DNA of 64,000 nt from Pseudomonadota bacterium. GTDB lineage: Bacteria; Desulfobacterota; Desulfobacteria; Desulfobacterales; JBDRRP01. This document shows, piece after piece, positions 1 through 7,929 of the stretch (its first letter is position 1; each line of letters opens with the position of its first letter). The translations under genes were made by a program, and so were the position numbers. Where the stretch lies: positions 1-64,000 of the forward strand of contig JBDRRP010000071.1 of assembly GCA_043825735.1 (NCBI GenBank), in the 5' to 3' direction. The notes below the pieces were generated by a model, which searched no databases, was not told where the DNA came from, and worked only from the letters and a program-made list of their open reading frames with translations.

Positions 1-4
1 TCAG

Positions 5-145
5 TACTGATGCATTCGTAAAAAGTGATTTTGAACCACAGAGACCGCAGAGGGCCGCAGAGAATATTATGAATAATTAATAAGTTATCTCTGCGCTCTC
101 TGCGTACTCTGTGGTGATTTCAGACTTTTTACGAGTTTGTCAGTA
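5..145. repeat. MITE/REP-like element, family A, complete copy
   Basis: Imperfect terminal IRs TACTGATGCATTCGTAAAAAGT ... ACTTTTTACGAGTTTGTCAGTA enclose three 9-10 nt (A)CC(A/G)CAGAG units, an AT-rich spacer and their inverted CTCTG(C/T)G counterparts. Related copies at 178, 4598, 22705 and 23521. Confidence 0.85.
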
Positions 146-177
146 ATACAATCCAAATTAATGCTCAATAATCAATT

Positions 178-303
178 TTGATGAAACTGTAAAAAGTAAT
201 TTTGAACCACAGAGAACGCAGCGGACCGCAGAGAATATATTGAATTTTTCCTTGGCGCGCTTGGCGTCTTTGCGAGAAGATTGCATTTTTACGCGTTAGT
301 CAA
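178..303. repeat. Family A element, chimeric copy
   Basis: Left half TTGATGAAACTGTAAAAAGTAATTTTGAACCACAGAG matches family A. Right half carries CTTGGCG units and ends TTTTTACGCGTTAGTCAA, matching 22299-22354. Confidence 0.75.
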
Positions 304-320
304 TTTTAAAGGGTTGCATC

Positions 321-1067
321 ATGCGCATTGTGGCCATCATTCCATCCCGCTACGGATCATCGCGTTTTGACGGAAAACCACTGGCCCTCATTGCCGGGGT
401 GCCCATGATCCAGCGGGTGGTTGAAAGCGCCTCAAGAGCGGAAACCGTGGAGACCGTCGTGGTGGCAACCGACGACCGGCGCATTGCCGATGCCGTCACC
501 GCCTTCGGTGGGCAAGTGGTGATGACTGCGGTTGAAAACCGTTCAGGAACCGACCGGGTGGCCGAAGCGGCGGCGGCAGTGGGATTGGCTGCCGATGACG
601 TCGTTATCAATATCCAGGGCGATCAACCTTTGCTTGATCCCCGGTGCCTCGATGCCCTCATTGCCCCCTTTATCAAGGAGACTGGGCGCGTTCACATGGC
701 CACGCTTGCCTATCGCATTGTCCGCGAATGCGAGATCACGGATCCCAAGGACGTCAAGGTGGTGTTCGATGCCCACTACAACGCCCTCTATTTTTCCAGG
801 GCGCCGATTCCCTTGTCCCGGGACGGTGGCCGTGACCATGACACGTACAAGCATTTGGGGGTCTACGCCTATACGGTGGCTTACCTTCAGGAGTTCCGCC
901 AGCTTCCCAGCGGGCGGATAGAATCCATCGAAAAGCTCGAGCAGCTCCGCGCCCTGGAGTACGGCCACGATATCCGCATCGTGGTGACCCCCTACGACTC
1001 CCCGGAAGTCGATCTCCCCGAAGATATCCCGCGCATTGAGGCACTATTAAGCACTTTCAGCCATTAA
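321..1067 (+). CDS. kdsB: 3-deoxy-manno-octulosonate cytidylyltransferase (CMP-Kdo synthetase)
   Basis: IIPSRYGSSRFDGKPL, VATDD, SGTDR, NIQGDQP, ALYFSRAPIP, HLGVYAY, EKLEQLRALE motifs. Confidence 0.95.
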   Translation: MRIVAIIPSRYGSSRFDGKPLALIAGVPMIQRVVESASRAETVETVVVATDDRRIADAVTAFGGQVVMTAVENRSGTDRVAEAAAAVGLAADDVVINIQGDQPLLDPRCLDALIAPFIKETGRVHMATLAYRIVRECEITDPKDVKVVFDAHYNALYFSRAPIPLSRDGGRDHDTYKHLGVYAYTVAYLQEFRQLPSGRIESIEKLEQLRALEYGHDIRIVVTPYDSPEVDLPEDIPRIEALLSTFSH

Positions 1068-1093
1068 TTGAGTATTTTTTTTGGCGGCACCGG

Positions 1094-2002
1094 TTATTTC
1101 AGCGGCTGTTCTAAGATTTGACCTTGTTTCGGGGCTGACGGGGTCGGCGCCGGGGTTTTGGCGGGGGTCGGCGGCTTGGATTGCGTTGGCGCCGGTTGCG
1201 ACGTCGTCGCCGGTTTGGGGGCGGCAGCGGAAGACGGTGCCGCTGATGGGACGGCGGCAGTGTTCCCCTGTAAGGCGGCCACTTGTCTTTGAATATCTTC
1301 CAAAGAAAGCTGCAGCATTTTCAGGTCTTTACCCCGGTTCTGGGCAATCCGCTCTTCCAGCAGTTTTAGCTCGCCGTTGAGGGTCACCCTGTCAACAGTG
1401 CCGGAGGACACGGTCACGATCTGGGCTTCCTGCTCGATCAGGCGGTTGTCGACAAGTTCCAGGCGAACCAGCAGTTTTTTAAGTTGGTCATTTACAGCCA
1501 GGTCCAGTGCTTCGATATTGGCATCCATGGTCTTGAGATCTTTTTGCAGGCTACTGACAGCGGCGTTCAGATCCGCTGCGATCTTTTTCACATCTGTCTC
1601 TGAAGCTTTCTCGGTCCTCAAGCGGTTGGTGTTGGATTCCACCTGTTTGACTGCCGAAGACAATGACGCGACGCCTTTATCCAGGGCCTGCATTTGTTTG
1701 CCCAGGTTTTCTTCCAGACTGGCATATTTTAACGAAAGGGATGAGAATTTGGATGCGGCATCGGCGGAAAGTTGCTGGTATTCCGTATTGCCGGTGACTT
1801 CTACTGTTGAGACTTTTCGCTTGATGTCTAAATACGAGACCACCAGGACCACTATGATGAGTATCGGCAGAAGAATGGTAATCAGGGTGACTTTGTTGTT
1901 GAGCCGCTCCAGCCGCAGCTCACTCCTTTCTTCCCGATATAAATCTTCTTGAGAGGCATCGCCGCCGTTGATTTGAAATCGCCGTTCTGTTTGTTCTGTC
2001 AT
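1094..2002 (-). CDS. Membrane-anchored coiled-coil protein with Pro/Ala-rich C-terminal tail, function unknown
   Basis: One hydrophobic helix (LITILLPILIIVVLVVSYL), long heptad-rich region, PAPT-rich tail. Directly downstream of guaA. Start uncertain (2002, 2032 or 2041). Confidence 0.75.
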   Translation of the reverse strand: MTEQTERRFQINGGDASQEDLYREERSELRLERLNNKVTLITILLPILIIVVLVVSYLDIKRKVSTVEVTGNTEYQQLSADAASKFSSLSLKYASLEENLGKQMQALDKGVASLSSAVKQVESNTNRLRTEKASETDVKKIAADLNAAVSSLQKDLKTMDANIEALDLAVNDQLKKLLVRLELVDNRLIEQEAQIVTVSSGTVDRVTLNGELKLLEERIAQNRGKDLKMLQLSLEDIQRQVAALQGNTAAVPSAAPSSAAAPKPATTSQPAPTQSKPPTPAKTPAPTPSAPKQGQILEQPLK

Positions 2003-2076
2003 CGTGCGCTTCGCGTCCTTTGAGGTTACCATAATAGCCACACACCATTCCTCAATTCATTGCACAGGGCGGTCGA

Positions 2077-3606
2077 CTACTCCCATTCAATGGTGCTCGG
2101 GGGTTTTGAGCTGATGTCGTAGACGACGCGATTCACGCCGCGGACTTCGTTGATGATCCGGTTGGATATGGTGCCCAGCAGGGCGTGAGGCAGTTTTGCC
2201 CAGTCGGCGGTCATGGCGTCTTTGCTGGTGACGGCGCGGATTGCCACGATATCTTCATACGTGCGGTGATCACCCATGATGCCGACACTCTTGAGGGGCA
2301 GCAGGACGGCGAAGGACTGCCAGAGTTTGCGGTAGTAACCCGCAGCCCGAATCTCCTCCAGAAGGAGGGCGTCGACTTCCCTAAGGACGCTCAAACGGTT
2401 TTTGGTCACCGCACCGATGATACGGATGGCGAGCCCAGGGCCTGGAAACGGCTGGCGCCAGACCATGTCGTCCGGCAGCCCGAGGGTCTTGCCCAAGTGC
2501 CGGACCTCGTCTTTGAAAAGATAGCGCAGCGGTTCCACCAGTTTGAGCTTCATGCGTTTGGGCAGTCCGCCCACGTTATGGTGGGATTTGATCACCGATG
2601 TTGGCCCCCCAAAGGCGCTTTGCGATTCGATGACATCGGGATATAGGGTTCCCTGGGCCAGGAATTCCGCATCCTTGATTTTTTTCGCCTCCGCCTCGAA
2701 GACATTCATGAACACCTTGCCGATGATCTTGCGCTTCTTCTCCGGATCAGTGACGTCTTTCAGTGCATCGAGAAACGCTTTCTGGGCGTTGATAAAACGG
2801 GTGTTGATGTGCAGGTGCTGCTTGAAGGTGGCCTTGAGTTTGATGGTCTCGTCTTTTCGAAGCAGTCCGTTATCCACGAAGATGCAGGTGAGCTGCTTGC
2901 CGACGGCCCTGTGGATCAAAACGGCCGCCACCGAGGAGTCCACCCCTCCGCTGAGACCGAGAATGACGCGCTTGTTGCCCACTTGCCGGGCGATGGTCGC
3001 GATGGCCTCTTCCGAAAAACTCTTCATGGTCCAGCTGCGGGTGCAGCCGCAGATATCGAAGAGAAAGTGTTTCAAGATGGCCATGCCCCGTGTGGTATGT
3101 GCCACCTCCGGGTGGAACTGGAGACCGTAAAGGCGCTTTTTTTCGTTGGAAGCAGCGGCGATTCGGGTATTTTGTGTGGATCCCAGGATTGTGAACCCGC
3201 GGGGCAGGCCTGTCACCGAGTCGCCATGGCTCATCCACACCTGGGTTGGGGCCTTCACCGATGCCATGAGGCGACCGGGCGATTTGATCTCAAGCTTGGC
3301 GAATCCATATTCGCGTTTCTGAGCCTGCTGTACCTTTCCGCCCAGGGCGTTGACCATGAACTGCATGCCATAGCAAATGCCCAGAACCGGGATGCCCATG
3401 CGGAAGATTCCATCGTCCACGCTGGGGCTGGTGGGCTCGTAGATGCTGGCCGGGCCGCCCGAGAGGATGATCCCCTGAGGGTTCATTGCCGTGATATCCG
3501 AAATGGATACGGTGGGGGGGACGATCTGGCAGTATACCCGGTTTTCACGGACGCGGCGGGCGATAAGTTGGTTGAACTGGGAGCCGAAATCGATGATTAA
3601 AATCAT
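2077..3606 (-). CDS. guaA: GMP synthase (glutamine-hydrolysing)
   Basis: IIDFGSQ, GICYGMQ, QFHPEV, LSGGVDSSV, IKSHHNVGG, PFPGPGL, SKPPSTIEWE. Confidence 0.98.
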   Translation of the reverse strand: MILIIDFGSQFNQLIARRVRENRVYCQIVPPTVSISDITAMNPQGIILSGGPASIYEPTSPSVDDGIFRMGIPVLGICYGMQFMVNALGGKVQQAQKREYGFAKLEIKSPGRLMASVKAPTQVWMSHGDSVTGLPRGFTILGSTQNTRIAAASNEKKRLYGLQFHPEVAHTTRGMAILKHFLFDICGCTRSWTMKSFSEEAIATIARQVGNKRVILGLSGGVDSSVAAVLIHRAVGKQLTCIFVDNGLLRKDETIKLKATFKQHLHINTRFINAQKAFLDALKDVTDPEKKRKIIGKVFMNVFEAEAKKIKDAEFLAQGTLYPDVIESQSAFGGPTSVIKSHHNVGGLPKRMKLKLVEPLRYLFKDEVRHLGKTLGLPDDMVWRQPFPGPGLAIRIIGAVTKNRLSVLREVDALLLEEIRAAGYYRKLWQSFAVLLPLKSVGIMGDHRTYEDIVAIRAVTSKDAMTADWAKLPHALLGTISNRIINEVRGVNRVVYDISSKPPSTIEWE

Positions 3607-3748
3607 TAAAAATATTTCCTAACTGGAGAGAATTGCTAATAATGTTAATCGGTTTGCCAAAGCACACCGAATATGGTAGAGAGCGCTCCAAAAGTCAACG
3701 CAAAACTCATATGAGTCGCTTCACGGATCGGAGATCAAGGGCAACAGG

Positions 3749-4489
3749 ATGATCGTTCAGGTGTATGAAATCCAGGAACCTGTTGAGGCCGAATCCGTGA
3801 TTTCCCTGGGGGTCGATCACGTCGGCAGCGTGATTCTATCCCCCGTGGTCTGGAAGCATCCTGTCATTCGAGAGACGATCCGCTCGGTGCAGTCCGCAGG
3901 GGCCCGCAGTTCGCTGATTCCCCTCTACCGTGAGCCGGAGGCGGTCTATCGCGCCCTGGACTACTATGGCCCGAACATCGTTCATTTTTGTGATCTTCTT
4001 TCCGACGCCGTCCTGCCCGAGCTGATAGCCCTTCAGGAAAGCGTGCGCACCCGATATCCGGAAATCGCCATCATGCGTTCCATCCCCATCGCTCCGGCCG
4101 GGCGTACTGACGGCGCACAGAATCTGAGCATTGCCGCAGCCCTGGCCCCTGTGAGTGACTGGTTTCTCACCGATACCCTCCTGGTGGACGACGCAAACGG
4201 GGCGGCGGATCAGCCCGTGGCGGGATTTGTGGGCATCACCGGCGCCACGTGCGACTGGGATACGGCGGCCCGTCTGGTCGCGTTGTTCAATGTGCCGGTG
4301 ATTCTGGCCGGCGGACTGGGTCCGGACAACGTGGCGGCGGCCGTCCGTGCCACCCGTCCTGCCGGTGTGGACAGCTGCACCCACACCAATGCCACCGCCA
4401 CTGACGGAGCGCCCATCCGTTTCAGGAAAAACATGGACGCCGTGGCCCGTTTCGTGACAGCAGCCCGCGCCGCGGCAGATGGGTGCTGA
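3749..4489 (+). CDS. Phosphoribosylanthranilate isomerase (TrpF)-like TIM-barrel protein, atypical
   Basis: TGATCDW, VILAGGLGPDNV, PAGVDS motifs of the PRAI family. The N-terminal KICG motif is replaced by QVYE. Confidence 0.75.
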   Translation: MIVQVYEIQEPVEAESVISLGVDHVGSVILSPVVWKHPVIRETIRSVQSAGARSSLIPLYREPEAVYRALDYYGPNIVHFCDLLSDAVLPELIALQESVRTRYPEIAIMRSIPIAPAGRTDGAQNLSIAAALAPVSDWFLTDTLLVDDANGAADQPVAGFVGITGATCDWDTAARLVALFNVPVILAGGLGPDNVAAAVRATRPAGVDSCTHTNATATDGAPIRFRKNMDAVARFVTAARAAADGC

Positions 4490-4597
4490 CCGAGATCATT
4501 GGAAGAAGCGGGGCCGAAAAGGGGTGCTTGAGACACGCGCTCATCCACGCATTTAAATTGTAGATCGTCCCGAATTGAATTATTAGAGAGAGTTGTA

Positions 4598-4641
4598 TTT
4601 GCGCGCTCTGCGGTGATTTCAAACTTTTTACGAATGCATCA
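4598..4641. repeat. Family A element, right half only
   Basis: CTCTGCGGTGATTTCAAACTTTTTACGAATGCATCA. The last 19 nt are the exact reverse complement of positions 8-26. Confidence 0.75.
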
Positions 4642-4684
4642 GGTGTTACAGCGTTTTTAACTTTCAAGATCAGAGGAGAACACC

Positions 4685-5245
4685 ATGTACGAAGCCAGCG
4701 ACCTCAGAAAGGGGTTGAAAATATCCATCGACGGTGATCCGTACGTTATCGTGACGTTCGATTTCGTCAAGCCGGGAAAAGGACAGGCGCTTTATAAATG
4801 CCGCCTGAAAAACATGATCACCGGCAGCCAGTTCGACAAGACCTACCGTTCCGGCGAAAAATTCGAGCCGGCCAGCCTCGAAGAAGTGAAGATGGAGTAC
4901 CTTTACGCCGACGGGCAGAATTACTGCTTCATGAACTCTACCTCCTATGAGCAGGAATTCCTCAGTGCCGATCAGGTCGGTGATGCGCTCAGCCTGCTCA
5001 AAGAGAATACGGTCTGCGATGTGCTGCTTTTCGACGGCAGACCCATCGGGGTGACGCTTCCGATTTTTATGGAATTAAAGATCGTGAAGGCCGATCCGTG
5101 GGTGAAAGGGGATACCGCTTCCGGTGATACCAAGCCCGCCACTGTTGAGACCGGATATATGCTTCAAGTCCCCCCGTTTCTCGAAGAAGGCCAAGTGATC
5201 CGCATCGACACCCGGACCGGCAACTACGTGGAGCGGGTAAAGTAG
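4685..5245 (+). CDS. efp: Translation elongation factor P
   Basis: DLRKGLKI, VKPGKGQA, KGDTASG, KPATVETG, VPPF, IDTRTGNYVER. AGGAG RBS upstream. Confidence 0.97.
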   Translation: MYEASDLRKGLKISIDGDPYVIVTFDFVKPGKGQALYKCRLKNMITGSQFDKTYRSGEKFEPASLEEVKMEYLYADGQNYCFMNSTSYEQEFLSADQVGDALSLLKENTVCDVLLFDGRPIGVTLPIFMELKIVKADPWVKGDTASGDTKPATVETGYMLQVPPFLEEGQVIRIDTRTGNYVERVK

Positions 5246-5389
5246 TGCCCATCCAGAAACGGCATCTTTTGGCCCAGCGCTGCGTTTTCGCACTTTTTGA
5301 AATCCTCAACGTAGCGGAGCTACGCCTCCGGTTTCAAAAATGCTCAGGCCTTGCGCTGAACCAAAATCTACCATTTCTGAATGGGCACT
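5244..5389. repeat. MITE-like nested-palindrome element, family B
   Basis: 16-bp terminal IR AGTGCCCATCCAGAAA / TTTCTGAATGGGCACT (1 mismatch). Inner IRs TTTTGGCCCAGCGC/GCGCTGAACCAAAA and TTTTTGAAA/TTTCAAAAA, plus hairpin CGTAGC-GGA-GCTACG. Overlaps the efp stop codon. Confidence 0.8.
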
Positions 5390-5417
5390 GGTCATAGAAA
5401 CGGCATCTTTGCCTTGA

Positions 5418-5440
5418 AACCCTGCGCGAGGCGCAGGGTT
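5418..5440. repeat. REP-like perfect hairpin (possible terminator between convergent genes)
   Basis: AACCCTGCGC-GAG-GCGCAGGGTT, 10-bp perfect stem. Confidence 0.6.
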
Positions 5441-5534
5441 CCAGGTGAAAATGTAGCCCAGGGCTGCCTTTTTAAGCCCCCTGATCACCGCGGGGGATTA
5501 CCAGTAAGGCATTAAACCATTGAAGTGTTTTTCA

Positions 5535-5568
5535 CTTGAACCCTCGACCCCTTGGACCCTTGAACCCT
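5535..5568. repeat. 8-nt degenerate tandem repeat (4 units)
   Basis: CTTGAACC CTCGACCC CTTGGACC CTTGAACC. Confidence 0.75.
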
Positions 5569-5587
5569 TCTTAGGCCGAATACCCAC

Positions 5588-6355
5588 TCATTTGGCATTA
5601 AATTCGATATCGCCGTAATAAGCGGTGGCCGACTCTCCGGTGTTATCCGAATCGGTCATGATGGCCACGCCGCTCACATCAGGCGGATCTGCGCCGAAAA
5701 CGCGGCGGTAATCGTCCACTAGGTTGCGTGATTCCGACAACCACTGGCCGGCCTGGTCCCCGCCGCTGCGCACCACGATCATCTTGACTTTATCCGTGTA
5801 CGGATTGGGAAACACGCCGCCAGAGGGAGCGTTGCTCGCCCAGATATAGGAAATCGCTCCCATGGGAGGGTACTCGCCGGTGACCAGGCGAGCCGTCTCG
5901 AATGTGGCACGATCCAGAAATCCGGCCACGGCTGGGTCATAATGAAAGGTCACATAGAGACGGGCCGGATAGTCGTCGCCGTCCTTGCGCGTCACGTCCC
6001 CCTTCCGGTAGATATTGTCAACCTTCCAGCGCCACCGGATCACCGGGTACAGCCGAGGATCTATTCGGGCTTTGATCATCATGCCCGAGGCGGCCGCGGC
6101 GCTGGTCGCTTTGACAACGACGGTGCCCGTGTCGGCCACCAGTTCATATCGCGAATGGCGTTTTATTTTGTTGAAGGTGAGGGGGGCCCACCCGTCCGGG
6201 AAAGCGCCTCCGGCAACGGCGGCCGAGAACGGCCCGAGAGACAGCATGTCTGGCGGTGTGAGGCGACGGTCGTCAGTGCTCCCGACTGACGACCAGATAA
6301 ACAGAAATAAGCACCCCGCCCATATCCGAAGGCAGGAGGCTGGGGGAAGGCTCAT
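5588..6355 (-). CDS. DUF3047-family exported protein
   Basis: Signal-peptide-like N-terminus, WRWKV, GDDYPARLYVTF, ISYIWAS, ESRNLVDDYRRVFG, AIMTDSDNTG. Confidence 0.85.
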   Translation of the reverse strand: MSLPPASCLRIWAGCLFLFIWSSVGSTDDRRLTPPDMLSLGPFSAAVAGGAFPDGWAPLTFNKIKRHSRYELVADTGTVVVKATSAAAASGMMIKARIDPRLYPVIRWRWKVDNIYRKGDVTRKDGDDYPARLYVTFHYDPAVAGFLDRATFETARLVTGEYPPMGAISYIWASNAPSGGVFPNPYTDKVKMIVVRSGGDQAGQWLSESRNLVDDYRRVFGADPPDVSGVAIMTDSDNTGESATAYYGDIEFNAK

Positions 6356-7572
6356 GATTTTTTTTTGACGATGTATTTGCGGATGCGGTTGCCGTCTTTT
6401 TCTTCCACCGTGATTTCGTAATGGCCGATGGTGAATTTTTCCTTTTCTTTGGGGATGCGTCCGATGTGATGGAGCACGTAGCCGGAGAAGGTATCGTATT
6501 CCTTGATGTCCGGGATATCGATGGGGATGACGTTGTTGACCTCATCGATTTCCGTTTTTCCCAGGATCATCCATTCACCTGGGTTGATCTCTACGATGAG
6601 GGTGTCTTCACGATCGGTTTCATCCCGGATTTCGCCCACCAGCTCTTCGATGGCGTCTTCCAGGGTGATCAGGCCGGAAACACCGCCGTGCTCGTCGATG
6701 ATGATTGCCATGTGGTGCTTGCGTGTCTTGAATTGCTGCAGCAGACTGTCGAGTTTTTTATTTTCCGGGACGAAATAGGGGGTATGCATGACCTCGCGCA
6801 GGGCAATGTCTTTTCCCGACGTCATGTACTGCATAAACAGGTCTTTGATGTGAACGATGCCCACCACGTTGTCGATGTCGCCTTCGATGACCGGAATTCG
6901 GGAGTAGCCGGAATCCAAAATGACCTGGAAGTCGACCGGTGCATCGGCATCGATGACAAACATGTCCCCGCGAGGGGTCATGATCTCTGATGCGGCGGTG
7001 TCGTCAAATTCGAAGATGTTGTGGATCAGCTCTTTTTCGGCTTCCTTGATCTCCCCCTCCTCTTCGACGACTTCCACGAAGGTCATCAGCTCCTCTTCGG
7101 TGATGGCCGGCGTCTTCTTGATTCTGCCGGTCATCCGCGGAATGAAGTTGAGAAACAGGATAAGGGGGTAAAGGAGGATGGAAATCCAGTATATGGGGTG
7201 GATGGTGAGCCGAGCGATGACCAGGTTGTTTCGCGTGGCCATCGATTTGGGGAACACTTCTCCGAACACGAGGATGAGAAACGTCATAACCCCGGTGGCC
7301 AGCCCCACGGCGTAGTCGGGAAACAACCGGAGGGTGACCGTGGTGGCCAGCGAGGCCGCCGCCACATTGACAATGTTGTTGCCGATGAGGATGGTGGAGA
7401 GCAGCCGGTGGGGGTCGTCCTTCATCCGCTGGATCAATTTACTGGTACGGTCATCCTGTTTGGCCAGATGACGCGCCTTGGTGCGGCTGATAGAAAACAG
7501 GGCGGTTTCGGCGGAGGAAAAGAAACCGGACAGCAGGAGCAGTACGATCAAAATGATGGCGTGAGTGGTCAT
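6352..7572 (-). CDS. CNNM/DUF21-CBS-CorC (HlyC/CorC family) divalent-cation transporter
   Basis: SGFFSSAETALFS, LIGNNIVN, FGEVFPK, IMTPR, YSRIPV, DEHGGVSGLITLEDAIEELVGEI, C-terminal CorC-type domain. Confidence 0.93.
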   Translation of the reverse strand: MTTHAIILIVLLLLSGFFSSAETALFSISRTKARHLAKQDDRTSKLIQRMKDDPHRLLSTILIGNNIVNVAAASLATTVTLRLFPDYAVGLATGVMTFLILVFGEVFPKSMATRNNLVIARLTIHPIYWISILLYPLILFLNFIPRMTGRIKKTPAITEEELMTFVEVVEEEGEIKEAEKELIHNIFEFDDTAASEIMTPRGDMFVIDADAPVDFQVILDSGYSRIPVIEGDIDNVVGIVHIKDLFMQYMTSGKDIALREVMHTPYFVPENKKLDSLLQQFKTRKHHMAIIIDEHGGVSGLITLEDAIEELVGEIRDETDREDTLIVEINPGEWMILGKTEIDEVNNVIPIDIPDIKEYDTFSGYVLHHIGRIPKEKEKFTIGHYEITVEEKDGNRIRKYIVKKKS

Positions 7573-7929
7573 ACTTTAAAAATTCCGATGACGGCCGTTT
7601 CGGTGATGATGACCGCAGGCCTCAGACTATTGGAAACCGTTCGCGCCGGCGAAGTGGCACACCCGCGCAAAATCCACGGCTGCCGGTTACTCGGCGTCGG
7701 TAGAGGGCGAATGCAAAAAGTGCCGTAAAGGGGTATTGCCCGCAGGGGAACGGTATGAGAAAAAGTCGGTATCAAATCGAATGGTCGAATGGGTGGTTGC
7801 CATGCGGCATGTCGCGCCCGCTAATTTGCCTCTCCTTTCGAGGTCTGGTGCAATTGTATCAATGTGACGCCTAATATACGCAAGATTTTTTTTATTTCAA
7901 GCAAATTAAACAGATAGGTTAAAAACCGG

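Noticed and set aside
5..303. Adjacent repeats as a CRISPR array
   Set aside because: No constant repeat with regularly sized unique spacers and no cas genes; the structure is inverted-repeat elements.
6352..7572. Hemolysin toxin
   Set aside because: The HlyC/CorC label reflects a CNNM-type metal transporter architecture, not a toxin.
7573..7929. Metal-sensing riboswitch or leader peptide upstream of the CNNM gene
   Set aside because: I could not match yybP-ykoY or M-box conserved motifs by eye; an Rfam scan would be needed.
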